A DNA stretch of 63,944 nucleotides, the filler included, from Piptocephalis cylindrospora (taxonomy: Eukaryota): assembly GCA_003614145.1 (NCBI GenBank). It is 4 parts of 4 records of this genome, joined end to end, with 100 filler letters (N's around TTAATTAATTAA, not from the genome) between each part and the next. Parts side by side here need not be neighbours in the genome. Positions count along the whole stretch, not along the records: positions 33,254 to 49,643 come from KZ987869.1; positions 49,744 to 63,944 come from KZ987925.1; 2 more parts are not named here. One strand, 5' to 3'. A program made the translations under genes and the position numbers. Shown here one piece after another: positions 47,913-60,193 of the stretch. Each line of letters opens with the position of its first letter. Within the stretch, counting starts at the first letter, position 1. The notes below the pieces were generated by a model. The model was not told the origin of the DNA. It saw nothing but the letters and a program-made list of their open reading frames with translations, and did no database searches.

Positions 47913-47996
47913 CCGGAAATAGCTCAGTTGGTAGAGCGGTGGACTGTAAGAATTGCTGTCATCCATAGGTCGCTAGTTCGAATCTGGCTTTCCGGA
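47913..47996 (+). tRNA. tRNA-Tyr (GTA) with an 11-nt intron (47950-47960)
   Basis: CCGGAAA/TTTCCGG acceptor stem, AGTTGGTA D-loop, CT-GTA-A then intron at 37/38, TTCGAAT T-loop, downstream TTTT. Confidence 0.95.
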
Positions 47997-48138
47997 TATT
48001 TTAGCAGATTTGCTATTCAGATGAAATGCAATGGGTGGCTGATCTTTCAAGTGAGTAGTAGTAGTAATAGAAAGATGATTAATGAAAGCGTAAATGGTTG
48101 TATATATTTGTCACTCAATAGTGCTATAATGTATATAA

Positions 48139-48841
48139 TTACTGATACTGCTTGCATTTCTGGCATTTTTTCGGGCCCTAATGGCATGACAAAGGGTAGG
48201 ATTAGGACAGGGGGATGCATTAGCAAGCAAAAGATGAACCGACTCACCGAAGGACTAAAGCAATTGTCTCCGAAGCTATTGCTATGCGCACTATCCCCGC
48301 AAATACATATTTCCTGACAAATGGCTGCGCAGCAGAGGAAGGGGCAGCACCAGAAGAGCTTACACGTATCCATCAATTTCCAAGTGGCTTGGTACGTGTG
48401 CTGCCCTCCTGAGGGGCAGGTCATCGATGGATCATATTCAACGTTAATATTCCGGCGTTCCTCCTGCTCCCGAAATCGCCTTCGATCTTCTGCGGTCGGG
48501 GGTTGCATACGCATCTCTCGTGTGGTGTAAGCAGGGCCCTGATTTCTCTGGTTTCTCTGATTGGAGGGTGAGCTCGATGCCTGGTTCGGCGATCGACCAT
48601 AATTCCCATAGGGGATATCAGCCTGGTTCAAGGGTGGAGGGGCAGCCGAAGGTTGCGATGAAGACTTGACTGATGAGTAGGGCGAGTTGTGGGGATAGGC
48701 CCGAGAACCAGGCTGAAAGGGGACCTGCCCTTCTTCCCAGCGGCCCTGGCTAGTGCCTGACCGGCCGTTACCAGGGGGTGGAATCGACGGCTCTGGCATG
48801 GTGATGACCTGCGGAGGCTGCATTGGCCTGGTATATGACAT
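48139..48841 (-). CDS. Pro/Gln-rich protein with a Cys-rich BRI3/LITAF-like C-terminus; intron 48178-48247
   Basis: CPSGGQH...FWCCPFLCCAAIC. Splicing GTGAGT...CTAAT...TAG gives the terminal GPKKCQKCKQYQ*, which supplies a CxxC. Confidence 0.72.
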
Positions 48842-49535
48842 GATAAGGATGAAGGGACACCACGAAGAGCTGAAGAGTCGAGGGGATGGTAGTGCTACCT
48901 TTAAAGCAAGGATTAAGGAAAGGTGGGGGTAGGTGGAGTATGGACAGGATGGTCTCTAACATGCCATCACCTTAACTGGCTAATCCTTTATATGAATATG
49001 GGTTGGGTAGTATGGTATTTTTGGGGCTCTTAGGGCCAGGAGATTTGGGTACAAAAGGCCGTGACTGAGGGGTTGTTCCTTACTTACCCAGATGGGACAG
49101 GGTCACTAGGAAATGACATGCTGGTTCCTGTCGAATTATATTGAAACCCTTTGCTATCCCTTCCTCGCTATGGCCGCCCTGATTCCCTTGGGGGATGGGT
49201 ATGGGAACCGCTCACCAGTAACCGGTAGGGAGATATCAGGGCTGGGCATTTGAAAAACACCAATGGGGAAGAAAGGGCGTTAGTGTGGTAAGATTGGTTC
49301 TTTCCCTCCTGTGAGGGGAGAAGACAAGGGGTATCGGAGATGGATGAGAAGCCCGACATGAGCGACTTGACATAGTTGCATCAGAATGGCTCAATCATCT
49401 TTTAGCTGCAGAGAAGTATCATGAAGGGCGTAATTCATGGCCTGGCGGCCTTTCTGAGTTTGGTGACCTTTTATTCTTTGACGGATGTGTTTGATAGACT
49501 AAAAAAAGCATTTAAGATACGGTTCGTTAGTCCTT

Positions 49536-50411
49536 TTAAGGTTTGGATGATTCAGTGAGGGAGGTTAGGGAAGGGACAGGAGGGGCAGGCGGAGTATGAT
49601 GTGGTGCTGTGCTGTGTACAGGGCAATGCGGTGGGGCGGGGGGNNNNNNNNNNNNNNNNNNNNNNNNNNNNNNNNNNNNNNNNNNNNTTAATTAATTAAN
49701 NNNNNNNNNNNNNNNNNNNNNNNNNNNNNNNNNNNNNNNNNNNAAAGGCACTTGGCCCTGGGGGGACCCCTGTCCCTGAGGATGATGGTAGGAGGGAGAA
49801 TGGCCATCCACACCAGGGCTTGGCATCCCACCTCCCTGATGTCCAGCCATCTCAGGGTCCTGATAAGGAGTTCCAGCAGAGGTAGACCCAACTCCCTGCT
49901 CCTCAAGCTTGGCTGGGGTGGAATGAGGGCCTCCGGCGGATCCGCCACTAACCGTCTCACCCGAGATATGCTTATAAGCCAAGGGGGCCAGGGGGATGAG
50001 GATACCGAGCCAGATACCCATATTAAAGAAATCAAAGGCGCTTGCAGCTTTGGAAGTCCGACAGGCGCCATCCCAGAAAATGTATAGGTCACAACTCACC
50101 CCGGAAAACTGCGTAGCCACTGAAGCCCCTGCAGCCAACCAAAACACAAAGAATACGGCGGCAAGAGTCGCCGCAATCAGGGGATGGACCAAGCCTCGAG
50201 CCGCTCGTACGCCCCACTGATTGTGCGCAATGGGGGCTAAAGCACAGAGAAGTGACACCAAAAAGGCTGCTACCGACACGAAAAGGGCAAAGGCGTGGGC
50301 CGACGTGTTGCCAATTACTGCAATGACATGGCCGTGTAGAGCTAGGGCAATCAGGGCGAAAAGAGTAGCAGTGACCAGGAGAAAAAAATGTCTTTTCTCG
50401 GCTGAAAGCAT
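49536..50411 (-). CDS. MARVEL-domain four-TM membrane protein, interrupted by an assembly gap
   Basis: Four hydrophobic helices with FFVFWLAAGASVA...C...CRTSKAASAFDFFNMGIW. The Pro/Gln-rich tail runs into the gap and plausibly resumes at 49643-49536. Confidence 0.8.
49644..49743. other. Assembly gap spacer
   Basis: 100 N with the TTAATTAATTAA linker. Confidence 0.99.
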
Positions 50412-51162
50412 GCTGAGCGATGTGGAATGCAAAAGAAGGAAATGGAAGGAGAAGGGCTGTGTACAACCTAAGAGGAGAGGGGAAAAAGAGGAAGGCGGGT
50501 ACGAAGAAAAGAGAAAAAGGGAAAGAGGGAGGGTGAAAGGGAAAAAAAAGGGAAGGAAGAGAAGGTAAAGTTTGTTCTGAAGGCAAGCCCTTTCAAGTCC
50601 GTGGTCCTTTTTAAACGTTCCCTCAGGGGGAGTAAAGTGAACGATAAGAGGGGGGGGGGGCTTTGCGGCTGAAAGGGGCATGAGTCGGTGTGAGTAAGAG
50701 GACGAGCACTGCTCATACTAATGCGGGGCACCAAGAACCCATAATTAGTGGGCGAGAGTAAAGGGCCTTTCTGTTCAACTCCTACCCCGCTCTATAAACG
50801 TCATGAGCTTCCAGCTGGAACAACAGCGACAACACGGATGGAAGCTGACCAGGGAACCCACACCTGCTGAGAAGAGCGAGAAGTACTTGGGGCTTACGCT
50901 GCCCCAGGGAAGATAGAGGGTTATTTGGTGGGTCTAGCACCTAAAAAGGCGCCGACAGAAGGGGGATACCGACCTGCGCTACCAGCTGTTGGATGCGGAT
51001 AGGTAGGACAAGATGGGTAGACTTGGCGGACCCAGTAGCAACCTCTTGTTACTATTATTATTTTAGGGACACACGAACGGACGAAGACTCGCCTTGTTCA
51101 CCGCCCATAATGACCCAGCATTATCCACACAGATACTTTCGATGAGGATCAAAAAGATCACT

Positions 51163-51233
51163 TGCGTTGGCGGGGAATCGAACCCCGGTCTACCGCGTGG
51201 CAGGCGGTAATTATACCACTAAACCACCAACGC
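51163..51233 (-). tRNA. tRNA-Gly (GCC)
   Basis: GCGTTGG/CCAACGC acceptor stem, ACCGC-CTGCCAC-GCGGT anticodon arm, TTCGATT T-loop; 71 nt. Confidence 0.96.
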
Positions 51234-51894
51234 TATATCCATGTGCTTTCCGCTGAAACTGTTGTCTTGATCTCAATGAGGGATGAGACTAATCGCTGGT
51301 GAATAGATGTATTGGTACGGATCTGAATCCGGATGGCAGTGTCAGTTGATAAAGAGCAAACCTGCCATCGGATCCAGAGTATGGGTTGCACTCTACATCC
51401 ATCCTTTTATACCCATCCTTCATAGAGTGAAGGGATGGGCATCTTGGATCACATATACACGCATACACACACACTCCCCCTCCACACACTCTGCTACGCA
51501 CACACTCTCCACACTATGTGCGCATATTTGCCTCATCTCCTCAATCCAAGCCTTCATCCTCGACATGATCCTCTTTTTTTTCCTTCCAAAATTAGCTTAT
51601 ATTTTAAATTAGAGCCTATACAGCGTGGGTGGAACCCACGTAAGAGATCATTGAGAAGAGAGGAATGGAAAACAGGGGGGGAGGTTTTGCCTATGAGGGG
51701 CTACTACCATCATCATCACCTTCGTCACCGCCATCACCGCCATCACCACCATCACCTTCTAAAACTGCTGTCGCCGTGTGGGCTTCTTGTAAGATGGGCG
51801 CCAATAGAGCGTCAGGAGGAGGAGCTACTATATTTCTCTGATCCATCCCAACCTACAATACACTAAGATGAACAGAAAACACAGCAATTTTTGT

Positions 51895-51976
51895 GGAGAG
51901 ATGGCCGAGCGGTCTAAGGCGCCACGTTAAGGCCGTGGTCTCTTCGGAGGCGTGGGTTCGAATCCCACTCTCTTCA
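51895..51976 (+). tRNA. tRNA-Leu (AAG)
   Basis: GGAGAGA/TCTCTTC acceptor stem, CCACG-TTAAGGC-CGTGG anticodon arm, long variable arm with TTCG loop, TTCGAAT T-loop; 82 nt. Confidence 0.96.
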
Positions 51977-52342
51977 TAATTTTTATCCTATTCTATTTAC
52001 ATTAGATGGAAGGGCCATTTTGCTACTTCATTGAGACAAACTGGTATCAACAAAGGGTTCTTAATAACACCAAAGTGAAGTAATCTGGTATTGAATGGAT
52101 TCACGACCAGTAATGGCTGGTGGGTAGTGTTAAAATTTAAGCGCCCTCATCAAACTGATGAAATAAAAGGTTTTACGCATATAGGCCGAAGCAAAGCCAC
52201 TATGAATACTTATATTCCAATAATGAAATGAAGGTTCTTATAAGTACCCATCGATACATACATCTTCTGCCCGGTGGAGCTGATTAAAACATACCATGAT
52301 ATGACACTTTCTGCCATTCTTTGTAAAGACAACAATCATCAG

Positions 52343-53993
52343 TCACACCTTGGCTTGAAGTCGAGTTGAAAGGCAAAGGCGAAGAGATATCGCAGCGATG
52401 GCGCCAAGGAAGAGACAGGCTCCACAGAATAGCTTTGTGCTGGTATAGCCCAAGGAATCATGGATGGCCTCAGCGATGGGAGATCCCGCAATAATGGCAA
52501 TTCCGGAAAGACCAAAGGATAGCCCCATGTAAGTTGAGGTCTTGTGGATTCCTAATTATAAGGGCGTAATAATATGCGTCAAAAGAGGATAGTAGATAAG
52601 AGTCTGACCCATGAGCACTTAGCGGCGCTTATGTAATCTCTACTCACCGTAAATTTCCGGGATAATAGCTACGGCAACAGTCATGGCTCCACCGGAAAAG
52701 AGGCCAAAGGTACAGGCAAACACCAGGAGAACCGGATAGGTGGTGGCGGGGATCCAGATGACAAAGCAGACTAGGCTACTCATGAACATGGATATGATAA
52801 GAGCATTTGCACAGCCTATCCAATCGGCCATGGATCCAAAGACAAGGCGAGCAATGGCCTGGGTGGCGTTGATCAAGGCGACAGCCACAGCGCCATCGGC
52901 AGGGGTCGCACCATTCTCAATGGCAAAGGCTGGATAATGGGGCGAATGAGTGATAAGTAAAGATAATTGGCTGGCCTGTCCCACATGATATGGCTTCAGA
53001 ACGACTTACCAGATATAAGAAAGAGAGGAATGAAATCCGCGAGGAAGAACATAAAGATGACGATGCTGAGGAAGACAAATGCCGGTTTACGCGTACCCTT
53101 CAAGGTATCCCTACTGAAGAGGGAATCACGGACCATGGGAAGACGAGGCTGAACTAGAAAGGAAGTGATGATACCAACGACAAAAAGGATGATGGCTTGA
53201 ATGCGCAAGGACCAGGGGATCCCCAAGCCACTGATCAATTTTTCGGTAAGCGGGGCCCACATGAGTCCACCGATACCTGAACCGGAAATAGCTGCACCAG
53301 CCACTAATCCTCGACGCTTCAGGAACCAATGAGACGGAGCGGACAGGATGGGGGTAAATATCAAAGCCCCCCCAATGCCGACTAGGATACCTTGGGTAGG
53401 GATCAATAGAAAAGGCTGATGAAGAGGGATACAAGTTGGAGGGTTGAGTGTGAAAGCACGGGCCGTGAGCTCTCCATTAGAGGAAATACTCTTACATTAG
53501 TGACAAAGGAGGCGAGGAGTAGGCCTAGACAGGAAAGGATAGTACCAATGAGGATCATGAGCCGAAACCCAAAGATGGTGGCCATAACTCCGGTGACGAC
53601 GGCCAGCAGATTCCGGAGGCCAGGTTGTAATGTCCCAACTAAGGAAAGGACTGTAGGGCTAATTTGTCCAGGGAACACTGTATTTGCATAAGCGCTCTGG
53701 TAGACGCCCCAGGCCTGTATGAAGCCATAAAAGGCAAAATGGATGAAGAAGCATGCGACCACCACTACCCAGCCAAACCCACCCTCAGGGTAGGGGGGAG
53801 GCTCGACCTCGCTTACAGTTCCGTCCTTTTCAAAAGTCACTGTATCGATGGTGGTTAAGGGACTGGGAAACGCCATGGCCATGCCCGATCCCATCCAAGA
53901 CCGATCATCTCTCGTAATTTCTCCTGGTGTGGTTGAAGAAGATTTTACAGACATGGAACTTGTAGTACTTTGATGGATATGGGATCTTGACAT
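52343..53993 (-). CDS. MFS monocarboxylate-porter family transporter (MCH/SLC16-like); introns 53416-53495, 52930-53009, 52552-52647
   Basis: PEGGFGWVVVVACF, WFLKRRGLVAG...GSGIGG and RLVFGSMADWIG; three GT-AG introns splice in frame. Confidence 0.93.
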
Positions 53994-56102
53994 GATAATG
54001 AGGGCTTTTGGCGTCTTTTAGGGACGGGGAGGATAGGGGTGATGCCCAGCAATAGATGAGAATGGGGCGGCTAATGCAGGGGTAGGTGAAATTTGATAGG
54101 TATACCAAGGAAGGAGAGAGGAGAAGAGACGATGGGATGAGCTAAAAAAAAAGAAGATATTGAGAATATTTATAACGCAAGAAATACCATCGAGATCAGC
54201 AGGGTTTGAATGGTTCGGATCAGAAGAGTACCATGAAACAGAAGATCAAGCGTGGATTACGCATGATGCATGGATACATAAATCACACGAATACACACCG
54301 CCTTAGCGGTGATACCCATCCCACCTAAACTCATGCCACTAGATCCCGGTTCCTAAACACCAACTGCTTTTGAAGCCTGTCCCAGGTGTTCTATGGATAC
54401 GCTGTACACTATTTTCCCGACACCCTCACCGCGCAGAAGATACACACGTGAGGATCATCATTGTTGATGTGTTGAAAATATTCGATATTTTTCCTACTTA
54501 AATCTGAAAGCACCACCTCATCCTTTGTGGCAAGTTAGTTCGAAGGGGGGATGTACAATTACCAGATCGAGAAAGCGTGTAGTGTGCATCGACTTTCTGA
54601 TGTGTTATCTCCAAGCGGATGATGTGTCCATCATTGAATCTATTCTATTCATAGATCATGTTTCTATTTTCAGTTACGATGCTTCCTAAACATGGTGTGA
54701 CGACCTGAGTGCTGGCAATACGCCTATTCATTTTGTGTCCTATCATGTTCCTAAGGTCTCAATTGCACAGATCAAACGATAAAAAAATTATGTGAAAATC
54801 ATCACATGCTGGGAAATCTTTCCTATGTAAATTATCTCTGTGGCACACCGTGAAGCTCGATCTGAGGGATGGCCACTAGTGAGTGGGATGGGTACTAGCA
54901 AACACAACACTCGCACATCGATGGGGGGGATAAGAGAAATAAAGGATCAGTGCGGAATCATCAGGTGAAGGTACAATTTGGCCTCCCCTGCGCTTTTTAG
55001 AACGGACGTTTATAGTGTGAGGCGCTGCGTACATCTAGGCCGTTTGGGAGAGGGTATGGTGTCCTCATTGCGGTATCCCTCTCGCCCATCTATCGTCCAT
55101 TTTCCCCAACAAAAATATTAGATTAGATTAAGTTATTTCCTTATGCACAAAAAGAGTAAGTAAATGATCAAAGAATGACTAGTTTATGAGCCAATAATGT
55201 TGAATGACATAAAAATGGTTTAAATGGCATTATTGGCCTTAGAGCAATAAGCTAGTCGTAAAAGAAGGTAAATAGTCAAATTGTACCGATTAGGAAGTTA
55301 GCGACATCTGTGATGCCTACAAGGAAACTCGAGTCCAGGGACAGACGGTAGGTTGTATGTTGCGCGTTCATGATAAGATGATGATTAAGTGGTTCGATCT
55401 GAGGTCCTCCAAATGCATTTGAAAAACAAGACACTCATACCAAATCTATTTTCTTACCCTTTACTCTTATAGAGACGCTCTCGAGTGAGTTACATTCCCA
55501 GCAGCATGATTAACCATATGGTTAGAGAAGGTAGTATAGTGTAACGACTTGGAAGTGGTTGTATCAACCGTGGGAGGGGAATGTCTTTAGGAAATCCCAG
55601 AGGCAAAGGATAGGGGCCGAAATGAAGAAAGACGCCTCATGAACGAAGAAAGCAAAGGATCTGACTTCACAGGGGTACCCTGGGGCTAATAACCCTGGGG
55701 CCCGATGCCGCGCTTATGTCGTATCGACTAGTTGTGATAGCTACGTTAGTACTTAAAGGGGACTCCTGGATTGATCATCCTAATTGCTCGAAAATTTCTG
55801 GGAGATACGTATGCATACTGACGGCGGCTTATGCAAGTAGTGGAGGGGATGAAGCCTAAAGCGTATGTCTTGTTCTGCGTTGGAACTCACCCCTGGTACT
55901 TCCTCAAACGGACAAGAGTAAGTTCTGAGGTAGAATGGCACTTTTTGGCTTCTATTGAGCGGACGATGGGCATAAAAGCGAAAGATTCCCTAGCCTAGCA
56001 CACCCCGTACCCCTCATTATCATCTTCTTTTCAGCCCATTACTTTTTCCGTCTTCATCTCTTTTAGTATTTCCCTCCTCCCTCCTGGCTTACACCTGTCC
56101 CT

Positions 56103-57295
56103 ATGCGACAATTCGTCCTTTCCAATGCGCGGTCACCATGGCGGACTTGGTCTACTTTGAGCTGCAGCAGGATATCCATCACCAAAATTTCCCGTCATTC
56201 CTATTCCCGCCAGCAAGCCATTCCGCCTATCCCTCGAACGATTCGTCACAGCGTATCGCTTAGGCGAATGTCAGCCGAAGCTGCAGTTCAGGACAATAAG
56301 GAGGGAACCATTTCCATGCATCATCAGATATACACTCCATTGAAAGCGACTGCCTCAGAGGATCGTCCTGCCATTGTCCTGTTGCATGGATACTTTGGAA
56401 CCCATACCAATTGGCAGGTTTTTTCACAGGCTCTCGCCGATAGGGTTGAAACCAATGTTTATGTCCCGGATCTACGGAATCATGGTCAGTCTGCCTGGGG
56501 TTTGCCTATGACTTATGACGATTTTAGTGCCGATCTAGGTCGATACCTTGAGGAGAATCACCTGGATCGGGCTTTCGTTGTGGGGCATTCCGTAGGGGGA
56601 AGCATAGCGATGCATGGATGCCTTCACCTTGACATGAGCATTGCTCAGGTCATATCAGGGATATTTTTAGTGGATATAGGGCCAAAGGCCATGTTAAATA
56701 TTCCTCAGGTGGACTTGTATCTTGAGTGCTGTCGCCTTGTACGGGAGTATCGCCCCAAATCACTAGAGGACGCTGATGCCTTTTTGATCCAATTTATTGA
56801 TGTAAGTACGGCTTGGCAAAGGATGGAGATACAAAAGGAAAAGGGCGTTACCTTAATAATAATGTGTTCAATGTTTCCTGAGGGGATACAGAAAGCATAT
56901 ATCCGCGAGCATATCCTCCAAGCATGTAAATGGTCAGAAAATGATCAAGCGTTTCTTCCAGGGTTTGATATTGAGAAAGCCAAAGACTACTACATGGGAA
57001 TGATTGACTTCCCTATGACTCGTCGTACTTACAATACTTACAAGGGCCGCGCCCATTTTTTTATGGGAGATGACTCGCCCCTAGTGAGCTCACTGACAGA
57101 GGAAGATATACAGCCTTTCATGGCTAATTTCACCATCTCCGTTCTAGAAGGCGGGCACTCAGGTAAGTTTACATTGACGTGTTCAACGATTTCCCATCCA
57201 GTTTACGTCTTTTTATCCTCTTTACAGTGCATTTTCAGCATCCCGGGGAGTTTCTTCGGCAAGTACACGAAGTCTATGATGAAGCTACTGCTTGA
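56103..57295 (+). CDS. Alpha/beta hydrolase, ABHD11/Ybff-like, probably mitochondrial; introns 56802-56891 and 57163-57227
   Basis: Arg/Ser-rich presequence, LLHGYFG...NW, DLRNHGQS, nucleophile elbow GHSVGG, LVDIGP. Splicing restores GGHSVHFQHP and the stop at 57295. Confidence 0.88.
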
Positions 57296-57674
57296 GCAAG
57301 AATGATGAGTTATATTATGTCAAGGTGGGAGAGGTCGCTTGGTGTGGATGGAAATATTCTTCCTGTAGTGACTGATAGTAGCAATGTCGTTGAAATAAGT
57401 AATTATGCGTCTTATGCGATTATTATTATTGTTAATGGTGTTGACTAGACGATGATAAAGGCCCCGCTTAAAGTAGAACTACCTTTTATTGCTAGTGTTG
57501 TTGGGCGCTGTTATTATTGGGGGCCTAGAGGCTAAAGAAGCAGTGTTACCAGAGCGCGCTTCTGACAGATGTTATTGAAAGGGGCAGGCAAGGACTCTTA
57601 TTATTAGTATTAATATCGATATTCCTATCCCTTTTGCAACTCCCTGAGGTGTATGCTCTCGACCATCTCATGGA

Positions 57675-59679
57675 ATGTGTGTGGAAAGTCTACGTGTCCG
57701 TCAAGGTAACTGCCATGGCGTATTGTTGTCAATAATCCTTGATACCATAAATCTCTCTTTCATTCATCCTTCTGTCCTAATCTTTCTCGGGCATCCTCCC
57801 CCTTGTGACTTCTTTTGTACAAGGCATGGTCGTTTCACGTGATGAGGACCGGGACAAGGACTGGAGTCGACGTCGTATTCAAGAGGTGCGCGAACGGCGG
57901 AGGCACCGTCTTCATCCGTTGGATGCCTCTACAGATACAGCCAGCTTTGTCGGCAAAAGCAACCCCGTGCCCGTATCGTCCTCTCCTGGAAACACATCTC
58001 CCATTATGATTCCTTCCCCTAGCCCTCCTGCTAATATCCCTTCTTCCTCGTTGGGTGCCGACAAGGGGGAAACACAGCGCGTTGCAGGGAATGACTCAGC
58101 GGAAAATGAGCTCGAGCCAGCCTCTTCCCAAGGAAAGGATGTTCATTTTACACTCAGACCAAAAGGCCCAATCTTACCTCCTACCTTGTCTGACCTTCCC
58201 CCGCCCTCCCCACCCTCTACCGGTCTATCTTCCATCCTCGACCTCCCTCTCGGACCCCGAAAGGCTGAGGGTAGAAATGAGAGATGGGATTCCTCCGTTA
58301 CCAAGGCAGGGTCATCCTCATTATCCAGAAAAATGGCAGACGGAACCATAAACAAAAATACGAATAGGGGGACGAGAGAAGAGGAAGGGGAAGCAGATAT
58401 GGACTATGGGGAGCCAATTATGATGAATGATGAGCCAAAGAGGGCAAAAGCGATGAAGATCACCTCCCCAAAGGCTCCATCTGAGGAGCTATTCCCATTG
58501 GACGAGACTGAGGATGCCACGGTGACTTTGGCATACAAGGCAGGCCTATCTAGTCCAGATATCCCAAAAGAGCCCTCCAGAACCCCCAAGGGAGATGGGT
58601 GGCAATCAGCCAATTCCATGCCTTCCTATATGGGTCGGGGAAGAGCAGCATCAATGGAGCCAGAGATCCCGGATGAGGTGGTAGCTGCGCGTAGTCCATC
58701 CCCAAAGCGAGGAAGGTCACGTATGGTGCACCCTCTTGATGGACGCATGGCTTCTAATCATCCCCCCCAAGCCGGTCGCAACAGGGTTAGAGACCGATCG
58801 GCCTTTGCGAATCAGCTCCCATTTTACCATCCGTACCCGGCAGGTGGGTTGAACGAACCATCCGCACCCATCTTCATGAAACGCTCATTTTCCCAGCAGC
58901 GCAGTATCCTGGAGCACGAAGCGGGTCAGCCTCCTCGCCCTCCATCTCCCACGGCTCCTCCCAGGAGACACTCACCTCCCCCACGAGCCCAATCTCGCCC
59001 CCATCAGCGATCAGAAAAATTCACAGGGTCCTCTTACCGACCGTCCCCATCCCATCATCCCAGAGAGGGAGATAGGGGCGCGGATAATGAGAGGAAGAGG
59101 CTGAAGAGGGCTCGGTGTGCGACAAGATCACCTTCACCTAACCGGCGGTATCACAGAGGATCAGCAGGATGGTCATCTAGCAATCATGGAGGACAACCAT
59201 CTGGTCGAGGAAGGCGCCTCAGTCGGGGAAGACAGCCTAGCCGAGGTAGACAGCCGAGTCCAGGAGGGTACCTTCCTCGCGATCGGTCCATATCTCGGCC
59301 TCCAGCGCCAAACCCTGAAGTCACAGTCACCTTTCTTGGGGCATCCAAGGGGAGATCAGAAGACCAAATGAACGGAGAAGATATGGGAGATATGGGGACC
59401 TCCCAAGGGCCTACCGGGCTCATCGGTTCCCTTGGGCCTCCAGAGTGCTTTGAGCTCCTACGGTCGACCCTACCGGCGCTGCAGTGTGAGTGTGCGAGGC
59501 ATGGGTGTAACAGGGGCTCGCTTATGGATTTCATATGGCAACAACAGTGGCAGATTCTGCATCAGCAACATGCCTTAATGAATCAGCATCGCCCCCCATG
59601 GCCAAAGGATCCCCCTCCATCAAACGATGGAAGAGCAGATGACAGGGGAGGGAGAGGCACGAGCCGTGTACGTCGTTGA
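57675..59679 (+). CDS. Large disordered Arg/Ser/Pro-rich hypothetical protein; short first exon inferred
   Basis: 624-codon ORF. A possible first exon MCVESLRVRQ (57675-57705) splices in phase 1 to the acceptor at 57823. Contains RSPSP and SRGRQP motifs and a C-terminal CEC...C and Gln-rich helix. Confidence 0.65.
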
Positions 59680-60046
59680 TTGGACCTTTCTCTTCCGCTT
59701 CTTCCATGCAAGATTCTAGTGAGCTGTTACTGTAGAGTGTTTCCAAGGGGGAGCTGGGGTGAACAGATGGGTGAGGGTGTGATCTATACATCTTTTCAAT
59801 GAGATTACTGTATAACCGTCTATTCCTATACATTATCCCGTCTACCCCAAAATATTTGATTTCCTAATGGAATTCAATGAATGGGTGGTGAGGGGGGTAC
59901 GCTATTATTATCCCTTATTGTCAATACACTACCTACCCTTCCTCACGAGGTAATCGAAGAGAAAGTAGCACATTGCTTGGGGAAAGGCAGGATACACGAT
60001 CAACGTGAATTGCTTGGGGCTGAGCGGTACAACAAGTTTGACGAAT

Positions 60047-60193
60047 TTAATCCCCGCCAGCACCAAAGGAGGGTTTCCAGTTGAAAGTATGCATGTTGTT
60101 ACCGTCATGACGAGGAGGGCCCGCAGGTACAGGGCTGGAGAGCACTGGCAGGATGAGGGTGGAAAGTAGGACGATGAGTAGAAGAGCTTCCAT
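60047..60193 (-). CDS. Small secreted peptide (48 aa)
   Basis: MEALLLIVLLSTLILPVLS|SPVPAGPPRHDGNNMHTFNWKPSFGAGGD*; below the ORF-track length cutoff. Confidence 0.65.
   Translation of the reverse strand: MEALLLIVLLSTLILPVLSSPVPAGPPRHDGNNMHTFNWKPSFGAGGD

Noticed and set aside
49246..55428. Shared 14-mer GCATTTGAAAAACA at 49246 and 55415
   Set aside because: Several exact 14-mer pairs are expected by chance in 64 kb, and similarity does not extend.
57653..57709. MLSTISWNVCGK resembling a LINE/APE endonuclease start
   Set aside because: The frame stops after 18 codons and no endonuclease or reverse transcriptase motifs follow.
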